A stretch of 64,000 nt of DNA from Polyangiales bacterium. Its GTDB lineage: Bacteria; Myxococcota_A; Polyangia; Polyangiales; Ga0077539. The DNA is taken from NCBI GenBank assembly GCA_044229975.1, contig JBGARZ010000017.1, positions 64,001-128,000 of the forward strand. The letters run 5' to 3'. Both the position numbers and the translations under genes were made by a program. The notes below the pieces were generated by a model. That model did no database searches, was not told the DNA's origin, and saw only the letters and a list, made by a program, of their open reading frames with translations. Positions 19,327-29,430 of this stretch are shown here, in pieces (within the stretch, counting starts at the first letter, position 1; every line of letters starts with the position of its first letter).

Positions 19327-20705
19327 AGCACCACCCCCGGCCCGAGGCAGGGCGCTGTGAGCACGCGGGACGAACCGCCGCTCGCGCGCACCGTGATGGG
19401 CACGCCGAAGTCGCCCCGCCTCGACGCGCGCGGGACGCTCACGAACACCGGCACCGTGACCCCCTCCAACGGTCCGAGCACGACCTCGCGCAGCGGCGCG
19501 ACCACCTCCACGCCCGCGACGTTCGACGGCTCGATGCGCAGCGTGGCGCGCTCGCTGCGCTTGTTTACGAGGTGGATCTGGAAGGCGTTGCGGACGCGCC
19601 CCTCGACCAGCTCGTAGGGTGCGCCCGGCAGGCGCATGAGGTTGGCCTCAAAGTCCGCCCGCTCGCGCAGCGTGAGGCCCGCGACCAGGGCGCCGATCGC
19701 TCCGAGCGCGAGGTAGGCCGCGAGCCGGGGACGCCAGAGGCGACGGGTCTCGCCGTCGAGGCCGCGCACCGAGTCGTAGCGGATGAGCCCGCGCGGTCGG
19801 TGGAGCTTGTCCATGATCTCGTCGCACGCGTCGATGCAGGCCGTACAGCCGATACAATCGAGCTGTGTGCCGTGGCGGATGTCGATGCCCGTCGGGCACA
19901 CTACCACGCAGCGGTGGCAGTCGACGCAGTCGCCGTGGTTGGGTTCGGTGGCCTTGCCGCGGGGTTCGCCGCGGCGCGCGTCGTAGCCGACGGTGAGCGA
20001 GTCGGCGTCGGTGAGCGCGCCCTGGAGCCGGCCGTAGGGGCACACCCCCAGGCAGAGCTGCTCGCGGAAGTGCGCGAAGTTGGCGTAGAGCAGGGCCGCG
20101 ATGACGAAGGTCCAGGCGAAGGCTTCGGGGTGCGCGGCGGGCGCGGCGCGCACCATCGCGTAGAGGCGCGGCAGCGAGACGAAGTAGCTGATGAAGACGT
20201 GCGCGAGCAGCAGCGACACCACCGCGAAGAGCGCGTGCTTGGTCACCTTGCGGGCGAGCTTGCCCGCGTCCCAGGGCCCCTTGTCGCGGCGCACGCGGGC
20301 CTCGCGCGGACCCTCGATCGCCCGCTCGATGCGGCGGTAGACCCCTTCGAGGAACACCGTCTGCGGGCACGCCCAGCCGCACCACACCCGTCCCGCCACG
20401 GCGGTGAGCAGCAGCAGCGCGAAGCCCACGCCCGTGACGAGGAAGAATACCAGCGGCAGGTCTTGCGCGTTGAAGGCGGCGCCGAAGAGGAAGAAGCGCC
20501 GCGCCTCGATGTCGAGAAACACCGCCGGGTTTCCGCCTACCGACACCCACGGCAGCGCGGCGTACACCGCGATGAGCACGGCGAACACCACCCGGCGCGC
20601 GGTGGTGAAGCGCCCGTGGGTGTCCGCGGGGTAGACCCGCGCGTGCGAGCCATCGGCGCGCAGCGAACTCGGGGCGAGCACCGGGAGGTGGTGGCGGGCG
20701 GTCAT
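19323..20705 (-). CDS. ccoG: Cytochrome c oxidase accessory protein CcoG
   Basis: GRVWCGWACPQT, CPYGRLQ, CVDC..C..VCPTGIDIR, CIGC..CIDAC. Confidence 0.95.
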   Translation of the reverse strand: MTARHHLPVLAPSSLRADGSHARVYPADTHGRFTTARRVVFAVLIAVYAALPWVSVGGNPAVFLDIEARRFFLFGAAFNAQDLPLVFFLVTGVGFALLLLTAVAGRVWCGWACPQTVFLEGVYRRIERAIEGPREARVRRDKGPWDAGKLARKVTKHALFAVVSLLLAHVFISYFVSLPRLYAMVRAAPAAHPEAFAWTFVIAALLYANFAHFREQLCLGVCPYGRLQGALTDADSLTVGYDARRGEPRGKATEPNHGDCVDCHRCVVVCPTGIDIRHGTQLDCIGCTACIDACDEIMDKLHRPRGLIRYDSVRGLDGETRRLWRPRLAAYLALGAIGALVAGLTLRERADFEANLMRLPGAPYELVEGRVRNAFQIHLVNKRSERATLRIEPSNVAGVEVVAPLREVVLGPLEGVTVPVFVSVPRASRRGDFGVPITVRASGGSSRVLTAPCLGPGVVL

Positions 20706-20720
20706 CGGTCTGGGTCTCCT

Positions 20721-21302
20721 TCAGGGCTCGGCGGTGCCCTGCGGTGCCTTGCCGCTGGGCACGTTGCGGTTGCGGATGGTGACCAGGTACGCGGTCACGG
20801 CGAGCACGCGGTCGGCCCCGAGCTGCGGCCCCCAGGCGGGCATGCCGCGCGCGGTGACCCCTTCGGTGACCGTGCGGTACACCCGGTCGGGCGCCGCGCC
20901 GTGCAGCCACGCCGCGTCGGTGAGGTTGGGCCCGATGCCGCCGCCACCGGTCGCGCCGTGGCAGGCCGCGCAGGTGCTCGCAAACACCCCGGCGCCCTGG
21001 CGCACCGTGGCGTCGTCGCGGGACATCGCCAGCAGCATCGCGGGGGTGATGGTCCCGCGGGCGCGCATCCGAGCGGCCTCGGCGGCGTACACGGCCTGCA
21101 TCTCGCGGTGGAGTGTCTGCCGCGGCGTCTCGGCGACGGCGAAGACCTCGACCCAGTACCAGTACCCGAAGGCGAAGACGATCGTGGCGAAGAGTGCCGT
21201 GAGCCACCAGGTGGGCAGGTCGTTGTCGTACTCCTCGATGCCGTCGTACTCGTGCAGCACGCGGTCGACGTTGGCGTCGGGCGTCACGGCGCGGTCAGTC
21301 AT
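20721..21302 (-). CDS. ccoP: cbb3 oxidase subunit III (monoheme)
   Basis: HEYDGIEEYDNDLPTWW, a single CAACH, GPNLTD, GMPAW. Confidence 0.92.
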   Translation of the reverse strand: MTDRAVTPDANVDRVLHEYDGIEEYDNDLPTWWLTALFATIVFAFGYWYWVEVFAVAETPRQTLHREMQAVYAAEAARMRARGTITPAMLLAMSRDDATVRQGAGVFASTCAACHGATGGGGIGPNLTDAAWLHGAAPDRVYRTVTEGVTARGMPAWGPQLGADRVLAVTAYLVTIRNRNVPSGKAPQGTAEP

Positions 21303-21468
21303 CGGCGTCCTCCCGGGCGGCGAGCGGCACGGCGGCGGCGCCGTCGAAGTGGGCCGCGCGGCGCAGCACCACCGAGAGCAGCACGGCGGTGAACGCGACG
21401 AGGAAGATCACCAGCGCCGCGAGCGGCAGGGCCAGCAGGGGGCTGTGAGCGAAGAACTCCCGGTACAT
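21295..21468 (-). CDS. ccoQ: CcoQ-like small membrane subunit
   Basis: 57 aa, one TM helix, ..VPL..ED tail, located between ccoNO and ccoP. Confidence 0.65.
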   Translation of the reverse strand: MYREFFAHSPLLALPLAALVIFLVAFTAVLLSVVLRRAAHFDGAAAVPLAAREDADD

Positions 21469-21470
21469 GG

Positions 21471-23825
21471 TCAGTGCGCTCCTTGCGCAGGGGTGGTCGC
21501 GGCGGGGGCCGCGGCGGTCGCGGCGTCGGGCGCGTGGCCCAGTCGCTGGAGATAGGCGATGAGGGCGAGCACCTCGCGGTCGGGCGCGACGCGGGCGCCG
21601 TTGTCGGCGAGGTCGCGGGCGATCTCGGCGGCCTGCGCGCGGGCGTCGGTCACCGCGTTGGCGATGTCGCGGTCGGTGTACGGCACGCCCAGCGTGCGCA
21701 TCGCGGTGAGCTTGTCGGCGGTACGCGAGAGGTCGAGCGGCGCCCGCGCCATGAACGCGTACGGCGGCATGTTGGACCCCGGCGAAGTGGCCCGCGGGTC
21801 GAGCAGGTGGCGGTAGTGCCAGAGGTTGGGGTAGCGGCCGCCCTCGCGCGCGAGGTCGGGCCCGGTGCGCTTGGAGCCCCACTGGAAGGGGTGGTCGAAG
21901 CGCGACTCCTCCGCCGTCGAGGCCTCGCCGTAGCGCAGCGTCTCGAAGCGCAGCGGCCGGATCATCTGCGAGTGGCAGTTGTAGCAACCCTCGCGCAGGT
22001 AGAGGTCGCGCCCCTCCAGCTCCAGCGGGCGGTACGGATGCGCGTGCGTGCCGGCCTCGCTTGCGGGCCGGAGCACGATGGTGGGGATGATCTCCGCGAC
22101 GCCACCGATGAGCACGGCGATCACCGTGAAGACAGTGAAGATGAGCGCGCGTCCTTCCAGGAGACGGTGCCAGGTGGGGCGGCCGTCTTCGCGGGTGAGC
22201 TGGATGCCGAGGGTTCCGCCGAAGGCGACGCAGACGCCCAGCAGCGCCACCGCGAGGCTCGCCACCTGGCTGGTGACGGCCATCGCGCCGAAGAGCACGG
22301 CGCTCAGCGTGACGATGACCACTGGGGCGCTGAAGACCATCGCCGTCCAGCGCACTTCGGGCTCCTCCTTGGGCTCCTCGAAGACCGTCATGGTGCCGTC
22401 GACGGCGTGGCCGCGGCGGGCGGTGGCGACGAGGTTCCAGGCCATGAGGCCCATGCCCGCGAGGTAGAGCGAGCCGCCCGCGAGGCGCATCCAGTACATC
22501 GGCCGCAGCGCGAGCACCGTCTCGATGAAGTTCGGATAGACGAGCGCGCCGGTCGGAGTGAGCGCGCGCCACATGAGGCCCTGGGTGACTCCAGAGACCC
22601 ACATCGAGACGACGTAGAGCAGGATGCCCACCGTCCCGACGTAGAAGTGCAGCTCCGCGGCGGCCTTGGAGTGGAGCTTCGTGCCGTAGAGGCGCGGCAC
22701 CATCCAGTAGAACATCCCGGCGGCCATCAGGCCGTTCCAGCCGAGGGCGCCGGCGTGCACGTGGCCGACGATCCAGTCGGTGTAGTGGGCGAGGCTCGAC
22801 ACGCTACGGATGGAGAGCAGTGGCCCCTCGAAGGTGGCCATCCCGTAGAAGGTGATGCCCGCCGCGAAGAACTTGAGCACCGGCTCTTCGCGCACCTTGG
22901 CCCAGGCGCCGCGCAGCGTGAGCAGGCCGTTGAGCATGCCGCCCCAGCTCGGCGCCCAGAGCATCACGCTGAAGATCATCCCCAGCGTCTGCGCCCACTC
23001 GGGCAGCGCGGTGAACAGCAGGTGGTGCGGCCCCGCCCAGATGTACATGAACACCAGGGCCCAGAAGTGGATGATCGAGAGCCGGTACGAGTAGACCGGG
23101 CGCTCGGCCGCCTTCGGCACGAAGTAGTACATGATCCCGAGCACCGGGGTGGTCAGGAAGAAGGCGACGGCGTTGTGGCCGTACCACCACTGCACCAGTG
23201 CGTCCTGCACGCCGCCGAAGATCGAGTAGCTCTTGAAGGGCGAGACCGGCAGCGCGAGCGCGTTGACGACGTGCAGCACCGTCACGGTGACGATGGTCGC
23301 GATGTAGAACCACACCGCGACGTACAGGTGCTTCTCGCGGCGGCGCGCGAGGGTCCAGAAGAAGTTGATGGCGAAGACGACCCACACCGCGGCGATGGCG
23401 AGGTCGATGGGCCACTCCAGCTCCGCGTACTCCTTGCCCTGCGTGATGCCGAGCGGGAGCGTGACGGCGGCCGCGACGATGATGGCCTGCCAGCCCCAGA
23501 AGTGGATCTTGGCGAGGAGGTCGGACGGCAGCCGCGCCTTCACGAGGCGCTGGGTGGAGTAGTAGATCCCGCTGAAGATCATGTTGCCCACGAACGCGAA
23601 GATCACGGCGTTGGTGTGCAGCGGGCGCAGGCGACCGAAGGAGAGGTGCGGGTCGACGTTGGCCCGCCACCACGCCATCTGAAGGGCGATGAGCGCGCCC
23701 ACGGACATGCCGATGAGCCCCCAGAAGACGGAGGCCCAGAGGAACTTTCGCGCGACGTCGTCGTTGTAGACGATGCGGGTGCCGACGAGGCTCGGCCGGG
23801 GCGGTTCGAGGTCGGATGTGCTCAC
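21471..23825 (-). CDS. ccoN: Fused cbb3 oxidase subunits I and II (CcoNO)
   Basis: RLRPLHTN, QWWYGHN, WAGPHH, GHVH; C-terminal EGCYNCHSQMIRP and WGSKRTGPDLAR. Confidence 0.96.
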   Translation of the reverse strand: MSTSDLEPPRPSLVGTRIVYNDDVARKFLWASVFWGLIGMSVGALIALQMAWWRANVDPHLSFGRLRPLHTNAVIFAFVGNMIFSGIYYSTQRLVKARLPSDLLAKIHFWGWQAIIVAAAVTLPLGITQGKEYAELEWPIDLAIAAVWVVFAINFFWTLARRREKHLYVAVWFYIATIVTVTVLHVVNALALPVSPFKSYSIFGGVQDALVQWWYGHNAVAFFLTTPVLGIMYYFVPKAAERPVYSYRLSIIHFWALVFMYIWAGPHHLLFTALPEWAQTLGMIFSVMLWAPSWGGMLNGLLTLRGAWAKVREEPVLKFFAAGITFYGMATFEGPLLSIRSVSSLAHYTDWIVGHVHAGALGWNGLMAAGMFYWMVPRLYGTKLHSKAAAELHFYVGTVGILLYVVSMWVSGVTQGLMWRALTPTGALVYPNFIETVLALRPMYWMRLAGGSLYLAGMGLMAWNLVATARRGHAVDGTMTVFEEPKEEPEVRWTAMVFSAPVVIVTLSAVLFGAMAVTSQVASLAVALLGVCVAFGGTLGIQLTREDGRPTWHRLLEGRALIFTVFTVIAVLIGGVAEIIPTIVLRPASEAGTHAHPYRPLELEGRDLYLREGCYNCHSQMIRPLRFETLRYGEASTAEESRFDHPFQWGSKRTGPDLAREGGRYPNLWHYRHLLDPRATSPGSNMPPYAFMARAPLDLSRTADKLTAMRTLGVPYTDRDIANAVTDARAQAAEIARDLADNGARVAPDREVLALIAYLQRLGHAPDAATAAAPAATTPAQGAH

Positions 23826-24004
23826 GGGATATCGGCTCCTGAGGGTGTGCGGGGAGAGGGTTGAGCGTCGTCGTCGCCGAGGGGCGCGAGGGCGAGGCGG
23901 TCGGCGTGGTCGAGGTCGCGCTGGCGCGCCGAGTACGCGAAGAGGAGCAGCGCACCGGCCACCAGCGCGAGGCTCACGAAGACCTGGAGGACGAGGACTT
24001 CCAA
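23822..24004 (-). CDS. ccoS: cbb3 assembly protein CcoS
   Basis: Short single-TM protein with D.DH.DRLAL.PL.DD, located between ccoI and ccoN. Confidence 0.8.
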   Translation of the reverse strand: MEVLVLQVFVSLALVAGALLLFAYSARQRDLDHADRLALAPLGDDDAQPSPRTPSGADIP

Positions 24005-26412
24005 AGGGGGCTCCGGGAGGAGAGCGAGGCGACGGTGGCCAGCAGGATGCTGAGCGAGCTCGCGGGCATCACCACCGCGCAGAGCAGCGGCGACATGCGG
24101 CCCGCGAGCGCGAGTCCGACCGTGACGGCGTTGTATGCGAGCGCGATGCCGAGGTTGCGGCGGTGGATGCGGGCGAGGGCGTGCGCCGCGCGCAACGCGA
24201 GCCCGACGGGGCGCAGGCCCGCCGTGACGACGTAGAAGTCCGTGCGCGCGGGCATGAACGGCCGGTCGATGGCGGGCGTGCCGGAGCAGAACGCGCGCTC
24301 GACGGCGAGGGCGTCGTTGATGCCGTCGCCGACCATGAGCGTGTCGTGCAGATCGTGCGCCTCCAGCCAGCGGGCCTTGTCGTCCGGCGAGAGTCCCCCG
24401 ATGGCGCGCTCCGCGGGGACGCCCAACGCGACGGCCATGGACGACACCCGTCCGGGCGCGTCGCCGCTCAGGATCCAGACCTCGTATCCCTCGGCGGTGA
24501 GCTGCGCGAGCTCGGCCCGGGCGCCCGGGCGGAGCACCTCCTCGGTGCGCATGCGAGCGAGCGCGACCCGGTCGACAGAGAAGACGAGATCACCGTCGGT
24601 CGCGGCCGCCGCGGCGGCCCACGCGGGCTCGCCGAGGCGGTACACGTGGTCGCGCGTGCTGAGCTCGACGCCGCGCCCGGCGAGCTCGCGCACGTCGAGC
24701 GAGTCGTCGAAGCGGAGGCCGTTGTCCGGCAGCGCCGTGCGCACCGCGAGGCTCTTCGGGTGGGTGCTGCGGACGGCGAGGTTGTAGAGGGCGGCGCGGT
24801 CGTCGGGCGCGAGCGCGTCGAGCGCCGCGGGGTCGGCGAGGCGGAGGGCGCCGGTGGTGAGCGTCCCGGTCTTGTCGAAGACGACGCGCCGCACGGCCGT
24901 GGCGCGGTCGAGGAAGCTCGGCGAGCGCACGAAGAGGCCCGCGCGCCGCAGGCCCGCCTGCGCGAGCTCGTAGGCCATCGGGGTCGCGATGCCGAAGGCG
25001 CACGGGCAGGTGACGATGAGGACGGCCGTCGCGACTTCCATCGCGCGTTGCGGGTCATTCGTCACGACGGTCCAGCCGATGAATCCCAGCGCGGCGAGGG
25101 AGAGCACGCCGACGACCCATGCGGCGGCGAGGCGACGCCACCACGGGGTCGCGCGTGCGGCGTCGGCTCGGGGGACGGGGTTGCGTAGCAGGCCCACGAG
25201 CGGCGAGCCCGCGAAGTCGGTCGACGCGCCCACCCGCACCGCTCGTTGGCCCAGGTTGAAGGCGCCCGCGGGGACGGCCTCGCCGCGGACGAAGGCGCGC
25301 GGGGCGCTCTCGCCCGAGATCCAGTCGAGGGAGCAGCTCGCCTCGTCATCGAGGAGCGCGCCGTCGACCGGGACGACGTCACCCGGCGCGATGAGCATCA
25401 TGTCGCCCGCCGCGACCTCGCGGCACGGGACGAGCGACACCGCGCCGTCGCGCACCCGGCGGGTGAGCAGGCCGTCGATGCCGTCGGAGGCGAGGAGGTA
25501 GTGGCGGTTGCGCTCCAGCACCCGCTCCTGGAGCCAGCGGCCCGCGAGCATGAGGGTGATGAAGGTCGAGAGCGTGTCGAAGTAGGCGCCGCGCCCGTCG
25601 CGCCCGGCGGCGAAGGCCCAGGTCGACCCGGCGAAGGTGAGCACGATCCCGAGCGCGATGGGCAGGTCGAGGTGCACGACCCGGCGCCGCACGGCCTGCC
25701 ACGCCGAACGCAGAAACACCGACCCGCCGACCGAGACGCTCGCCAGGGCCAGGAGGAAGGAGAGCCACGCGAAGAGCGAGTGCACGGGTCCGGTGCGCAG
25801 CCCAAGGTAGAGCGGGAGCGAGAAGATCATCCCGTTGACGGTGAGGGCCGCGCACACGCCGAGGCGCGTGAGCAGCGTGCGCGAGGGCTGCGTCTCGGCT
25901 TTGAGCGGCGGTCCCAGCGCGTAGCCGAAGGACTCGACGTCGCGCACGTAGGCGCGCAATCGGAAGGTGCGGGTGACGGTGAGCGAGACGCGCCCGACGC
26001 CCGGGTTGACGACGTCGCGGAGCGCGCCGGGCTGGCGGCGGAAGAGCTCGCCCAGCAGCCACACGCAGGCCGCGCAGTGGAGGCCCTGCACGTCGAGCTC
26101 GACGCGGCACACGCCCTCGGCGGCGGCCACCCGAGCCTCGATCGACTCCAACCATTTCAGGTCGTGCGCCGAAGACCCCGTCGCAGCGACCGGCGCGCCC
26201 GAGGTGCCCTGGAGGTCGTAGTAGCGGGTGAGCCCCTGGGCCTGGAGCAGATGGTGAACCGCCTCGCAGCCCGTGCAGCAGTAGGGTCCCTCATCGCCCG
26301 CGAGGGCTGTCCCGCAGTGGAGGCAGAGGGTCTCGTCGATGCCCGCGCCCGAGGCGCGCCGCGAGGCAGCGTCGTCAGCGGGGGCGGACGACGTGACAGG
26401 CTCGGTCTGCAT
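23974..26412 (-). CDS. ccoI: CcoI/FixI heavy-metal P1B-type ATPase
   Basis: CLHC..CC.GC, CAAC, SGES, CPC, DKTGTLT, GDGIND. Confidence 0.92.
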   Translation of the reverse strand: MQTEPVTSSAPADDAASRRASGAGIDETLCLHCGTALAGDEGPYCCTGCEAVHHLLQAQGLTRYYDLQGTSGAPVAATGSSAHDLKWLESIEARVAAAEGVCRVELDVQGLHCAACVWLLGELFRRQPGALRDVVNPGVGRVSLTVTRTFRLRAYVRDVESFGYALGPPLKAETQPSRTLLTRLGVCAALTVNGMIFSLPLYLGLRTGPVHSLFAWLSFLLALASVSVGGSVFLRSAWQAVRRRVVHLDLPIALGIVLTFAGSTWAFAAGRDGRGAYFDTLSTFITLMLAGRWLQERVLERNRHYLLASDGIDGLLTRRVRDGAVSLVPCREVAAGDMMLIAPGDVVPVDGALLDDEASCSLDWISGESAPRAFVRGEAVPAGAFNLGQRAVRVGASTDFAGSPLVGLLRNPVPRADAARATPWWRRLAAAWVVGVLSLAALGFIGWTVVTNDPQRAMEVATAVLIVTCPCAFGIATPMAYELAQAGLRRAGLFVRSPSFLDRATAVRRVVFDKTGTLTTGALRLADPAALDALAPDDRAALYNLAVRSTHPKSLAVRTALPDNGLRFDDSLDVRELAGRGVELSTRDHVYRLGEPAWAAAAAATDGDLVFSVDRVALARMRTEEVLRPGARAELAQLTAEGYEVWILSGDAPGRVSSMAVALGVPAERAIGGLSPDDKARWLEAHDLHDTLMVGDGINDALAVERAFCSGTPAIDRPFMPARTDFYVVTAGLRPVGLALRAAHALARIHRRNLGIALAYNAVTVGLALAGRMSPLLCAVVMPASSLSILLATVASLSSRSPLWKSSSSRSS

Positions 26413-26998
26413 GACGGAGCCGCTCAGCAAGGGGGAGGCCGGACGCGTCGGCCCGCGGGTTCGCGACGCTCGACGAAGGTTGGCGCAAGGCGTGCGCCTG
26501 ACACGCGAGACCTGCGCCTGCCGGGGGTGCAGCGTGGTCGTGCTTCGGGGAGCTGCTCGCGACAGGGGTGGCCGTGACGTCGTCTCCGGAGCCCGCGCGG
26601 TCGACCGCGGCGAGCACGTCGGCCGGCAGACGCGCCTCGCACCACGGGAACAGCTCGCGCTCCTCGAAGCGGACGTGCTCGCGGAGCAGAGCCGCGAACA
26701 TCGCCGCCGCCCTGCGATCGCCGCCCGCGGAGGCCTCGACGAATGCGCGCACCGCGGCGTGCTCGCGCTCGACCCGCAGGGCGAGGGCGTCGCCGCCGAA
26801 CAGGCGTAGCGCGGGCAGCAGGACCGACTCCTCGACGCGGAAGTGGGGCTCCAGCTCGCGTTCGAAGTGCGCGCTCAGCGCTGGACCGAGGGAGGGGTCC
26901 ATGGGCACAGCAATGGCCCGGCGCGCGACATCGCGGGCCAGTACGAGCGCGCGGTGGTGCTCTGCGGAGAGGCGATGGAGTCGGGGGTCGCGGATCAC
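26375..26998 (-). CDS. Hemerythrin (HHE) domain protein with probable read-through tail
   Basis: LSAEHH, HFRVEE, EH, HVRFEERELF. The domain ends near 26600 but the frame runs across the cco promoter. Confidence 0.75.
   Translation of the reverse strand: MIRDPRLHRLSAEHHRALVLARDVARRAIAVPMDPSLGPALSAHFERELEPHFRVEESVLLPALRLFGGDALALRVEREHAAVRAFVEASAGGDRRAAAMFAALLREHVRFEERELFPWCEARLPADVLAAVDRAGSGDDVTATPVASSSPKHDHAAPPAGAGLACQAHALRQPSSSVANPRADASGLPLAERLRHADRACHVVRPR
26426..26441 (-). promoter_or_regulatory. sigma54 promoter of the cco operon
   Basis: Minus strand CGGCCTCCCCCTTGCT; GC lies 14 nt before ATG 26412. Confidence 0.55.
26483..26517. promoter_or_regulatory. Tandem GCGCA-N5-TGCGC sites upstream of the cco operon
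   Basis: Perfect GCGCAaggcgTGCGC (26483) and ACGCGagaccTGCGC (26503). Confidence 0.7.
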
Positions 26999-27801
26999 CG
27001 ACTCCACTCGACCGACGCGGCGTTCGGCGACGACGTCGCGAGCGCGGGCAGCGGGTCGGCCGAACGCTCGATCGACCGGAAGTACCTCGTGGAGAGGCCT
27101 GCCCCGACGAGGCCGAGTAGCGCGAACGCGACGGCCCGCGCGGGTTCGCCGTGGAGGGTGGTCGAGGCCACCGCGAACGCGGACAGCGTGGCGGAGGGGA
27201 GCAGCACCCCAGCAAGCACGAAACCCCAGGGCTTGCGCCGTCCGAGCGCCGCGCTCACGAGAAGAATGACGGGCAGCACGAGCGTCACATCGAGCACACG
27301 CAGCAGGGTCCCGTCGGCCGCTGAGCCCGAGGAGGCCAGGACAACGGCGGCAAGCGCGAGGAAGGCGGCGACGGAACGCGCCGGGGCACGCGCGCCGAAG
27401 GCGGACTTCACGGCGTCGGCGTCGACGTCGAGCAGCAGGTCGAGCAGGGCATAGAGGCCTGCGGCGACGAGGGCGACGTGCGCGGGGACGAACGGCGCGT
27501 CGTGGGCCCCGAGAACGGCCCGCGCGGACGAGGACGTCAGGTGGGCAAGTGCGCCCATCCAGAGCAGGCGACCCGCGAGCGAGCCACGGCGCGCGAGCCA
27601 GGTCGCGCCCAGCAATAGCGGCAGACCGACGAGAAGATCGACGACACCTCGCCCCAGGAGTGCGGTCTCCGGCGCATCGAGGCGTGCGACCGTGAGCGCG
27701 AAGAGACCTGCGCCCGCGACCGAGAGAGCAGTGGGCAGGTCGAGCGGGTTCGCCTCGGAGCGAGACGAGATGTCGAGCGGGGCATCGTAGGAGAGCGTCA
27801 T
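26995..27801 (-). CDS. Polytopic membrane protein, diverged paralog of 32351-33247
   Basis: Shared segments GLPLL..WLARRG.LAGRLLWMG, AVK.AFG.R.PAR, PWGFVLAGVLLP. Confidence 0.7.
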   Translation of the reverse strand: MTLSYDAPLDISSRSEANPLDLPTALSVAGAGLFALTVARLDAPETALLGRGVVDLLVGLPLLLGATWLARRGSLAGRLLWMGALAHLTSSSARAVLGAHDAPFVPAHVALVAAGLYALLDLLLDVDADAVKSAFGARAPARSVAAFLALAAVVLASSGSAADGTLLRVLDVTLVLPVILLVSAALGRRKPWGFVLAGVLLPSATLSAFAVASTTLHGEPARAVAFALLGLVGAGLSTRYFRSIERSADPLPALATSSPNAASVEWSR

Positions 27802-27827
27802 GGCCAGAACCTCTGGCGCGAACGCAA

Positions 27828-27866
27828 TGCAGGGCCCGCGCCGATCGCAACGGCACACCCCGTGCT
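27828..27866. promoter_or_regulatory. Back-to-back sigma54 promoter candidates
   Basis: Minus CGGCGCGGGCCCTGCA (27828-27843); plus CGGCACACCCCGTGCT (27851-27866). Confidence 0.55.
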
Positions 27867-27878
27867 CCGCGGGCCGCA

Positions 27879-28424
27879 GTGACCACCCTCGATCTCGCTA
27901 CCACCACTCGTCAGGCCGCCGATCACTACCGACACCTGCACGACGACGTGGAGCGGATCACCGGGAGTCGTCGCGGCGCGTCCGAGGCCGACGACCCGTC
28001 GGCGCCTCCGCTGGTCGAGGTGATGCCGCGGGTGTCGATCGCGCCGTGGGGCACCGAGCCTGCGGCGAGCGCCGACCTCGTGTCCGAGCGGGTGCTGGGC
28101 GAAGGGGGGATGGGCGTCGTGCTGCTTCTCCTGCGCTGCCTGGCCGGGGCGATGGCCAACCGCGCGGGCCGGGTGCTCATCGCGATGCCCTTCATGGCGC
28201 AGGGCGGCGCCCTGGTGAGCCTCTGGGTGGGATCGCGCCTGGGCCTCTCACCCAGCGCGCCGACGGTGTTCGCGCTGCTGGTGGTGTCGGCGACGACGCT
28301 GGCGGAGACCGTCGCGAGCGCGTCATGGCCCGCACATGCCTTCGACATCGCGGCCCTGGCGTGCGGCTGCGCCTGCGTCGAGGTCGCGCTCTTCTTCCGC
28401 GCCTTCGCCCGCGCCGAGGTCTGA
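27879..28424 (+). pseudogene. Probable internally deleted Ser/Thr protein kinase
   Basis: LGEGGMGVV glycine-rich loop (28095-28121) is followed directly by hydrophobic segments; no other kinase subdomain is present. Confidence 0.55.
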
Positions 28425-29327
28425 GGCGAGCGCGAGACCGTCCGCGCCGGGCTCGACGTGCACGACGACGCGCAGTCCGGGCTCCCACGCCCGGAGCGCC
28501 TCTTCGATCAGATCGCAGATGGCGTGGGCCTCGCGCACCGACATCGCGCCCGGCACCTTGAGGCGCAGGTCGCAGTGCCCGTCGGGCCCCGCCCGTCGGA
28601 GACGGAATCCCTCCACCGCGAGCGCGCCCCGCTCCCTCGCGACGCGCTCGGCGATCGCCCGCCCCCGCGCGACCTCCTCCTCGTCGAGGACCTCGTCCAT
28701 CAGCCCGCCCACCGAGCGCCGCACGAGCTTCCATCCCACCCACAGGATGTTGAGGGCGACGCCGCAGGCGAGGAGCGGGTCGAGCCACCACCGCCCCGTC
28801 GCCCACGCGAGCGCGACCCCCACGAGGACGCCCGCCGTCGTCACGACGTCGGTCAGGACGTGTCGCCCGTCCGCCGTCAGGGCCGGGGAGCGCAACTGTT
28901 TGCCCGCGCGCAGCAGGCTCCACGCGAGCGCGGCGTTGAGCGCGGACGCGGCCGTCGAGACGAGCAGCGCGATGCCCACGGTGGGGAGGGCGACGGGGTG
29001 CAGGAGTCGTCCCCACGCTGCGCGGATCGTGAGCATCGCGGCCACCACGATGAGCGCGCCCTCCAGCACTGCGGAGAGGTACTCCGCCTTGCCATGGCCG
29101 TAGGGATGGTCGCGGTCCTCGGGGCGGTGCGCGATGCGTACGGCGAAGGCCATGGCGATCGCCGCCACGACGTTGACGATGGACTCGAGAGCGTCGGAGA
29201 GCAGCGCGACCGAGCCCGTCAGCCGCCAGGCGACGCCCTTCAGCGCGAGCACCGCGACGCCGGTCGCCACGCTCCAGCGGGCGAAGCGTTCGGCGGGGTG
29301 CAACAGGGGCCGTGGCGTCGGTGGCAT
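28323..29327 (-). CDS. Cation diffusion facilitator (FieF-like)
   Basis: LLSDALES, HPYGHGKAEY, HVLTD, VVHVEP; start uncertain. Confidence 0.9.
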   Translation of the reverse strand: MPPTPRPLLHPAERFARWSVATGVAVLALKGVAWRLTGSVALLSDALESIVNVVAAIAMAFAVRIAHRPEDRDHPYGHGKAEYLSAVLEGALIVVAAMLTIRAAWGRLLHPVALPTVGIALLVSTAASALNAALAWSLLRAGKQLRSPALTADGRHVLTDVVTTAGVLVGVALAWATGRWWLDPLLACGVALNILWVGWKLVRRSVGGLMDEVLDEEEVARGRAIAERVARERGALAVEGFRLRRAGPDGHCDLRLKVPGAMSVREAHAICDLIEEALRAWEPGLRVVVHVEPGADGLALASDLGAGEGAEEERDLDAGAAARQGRDVEGMCGP

Positions 29328-29430
29328 CGGTCCTCGGGGGTGATGCATGCGCTGGGCTACGAGGTGCGTCGAGGGGCACCGCGGAGGTGAGCACGCTTCT
29401 CGCTTGAGGCCGCCGACGGAGGAGAGACCC

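Noticed and set aside
26484..26499. AGGCGCACGCCTTGCG (minus strand) as the cco sigma54 promoter
   Set aside because: It coincides with a perfect GCGCA-N5-TGCGC palindrome; the box at 26426 fits the spacing seen at other genes.
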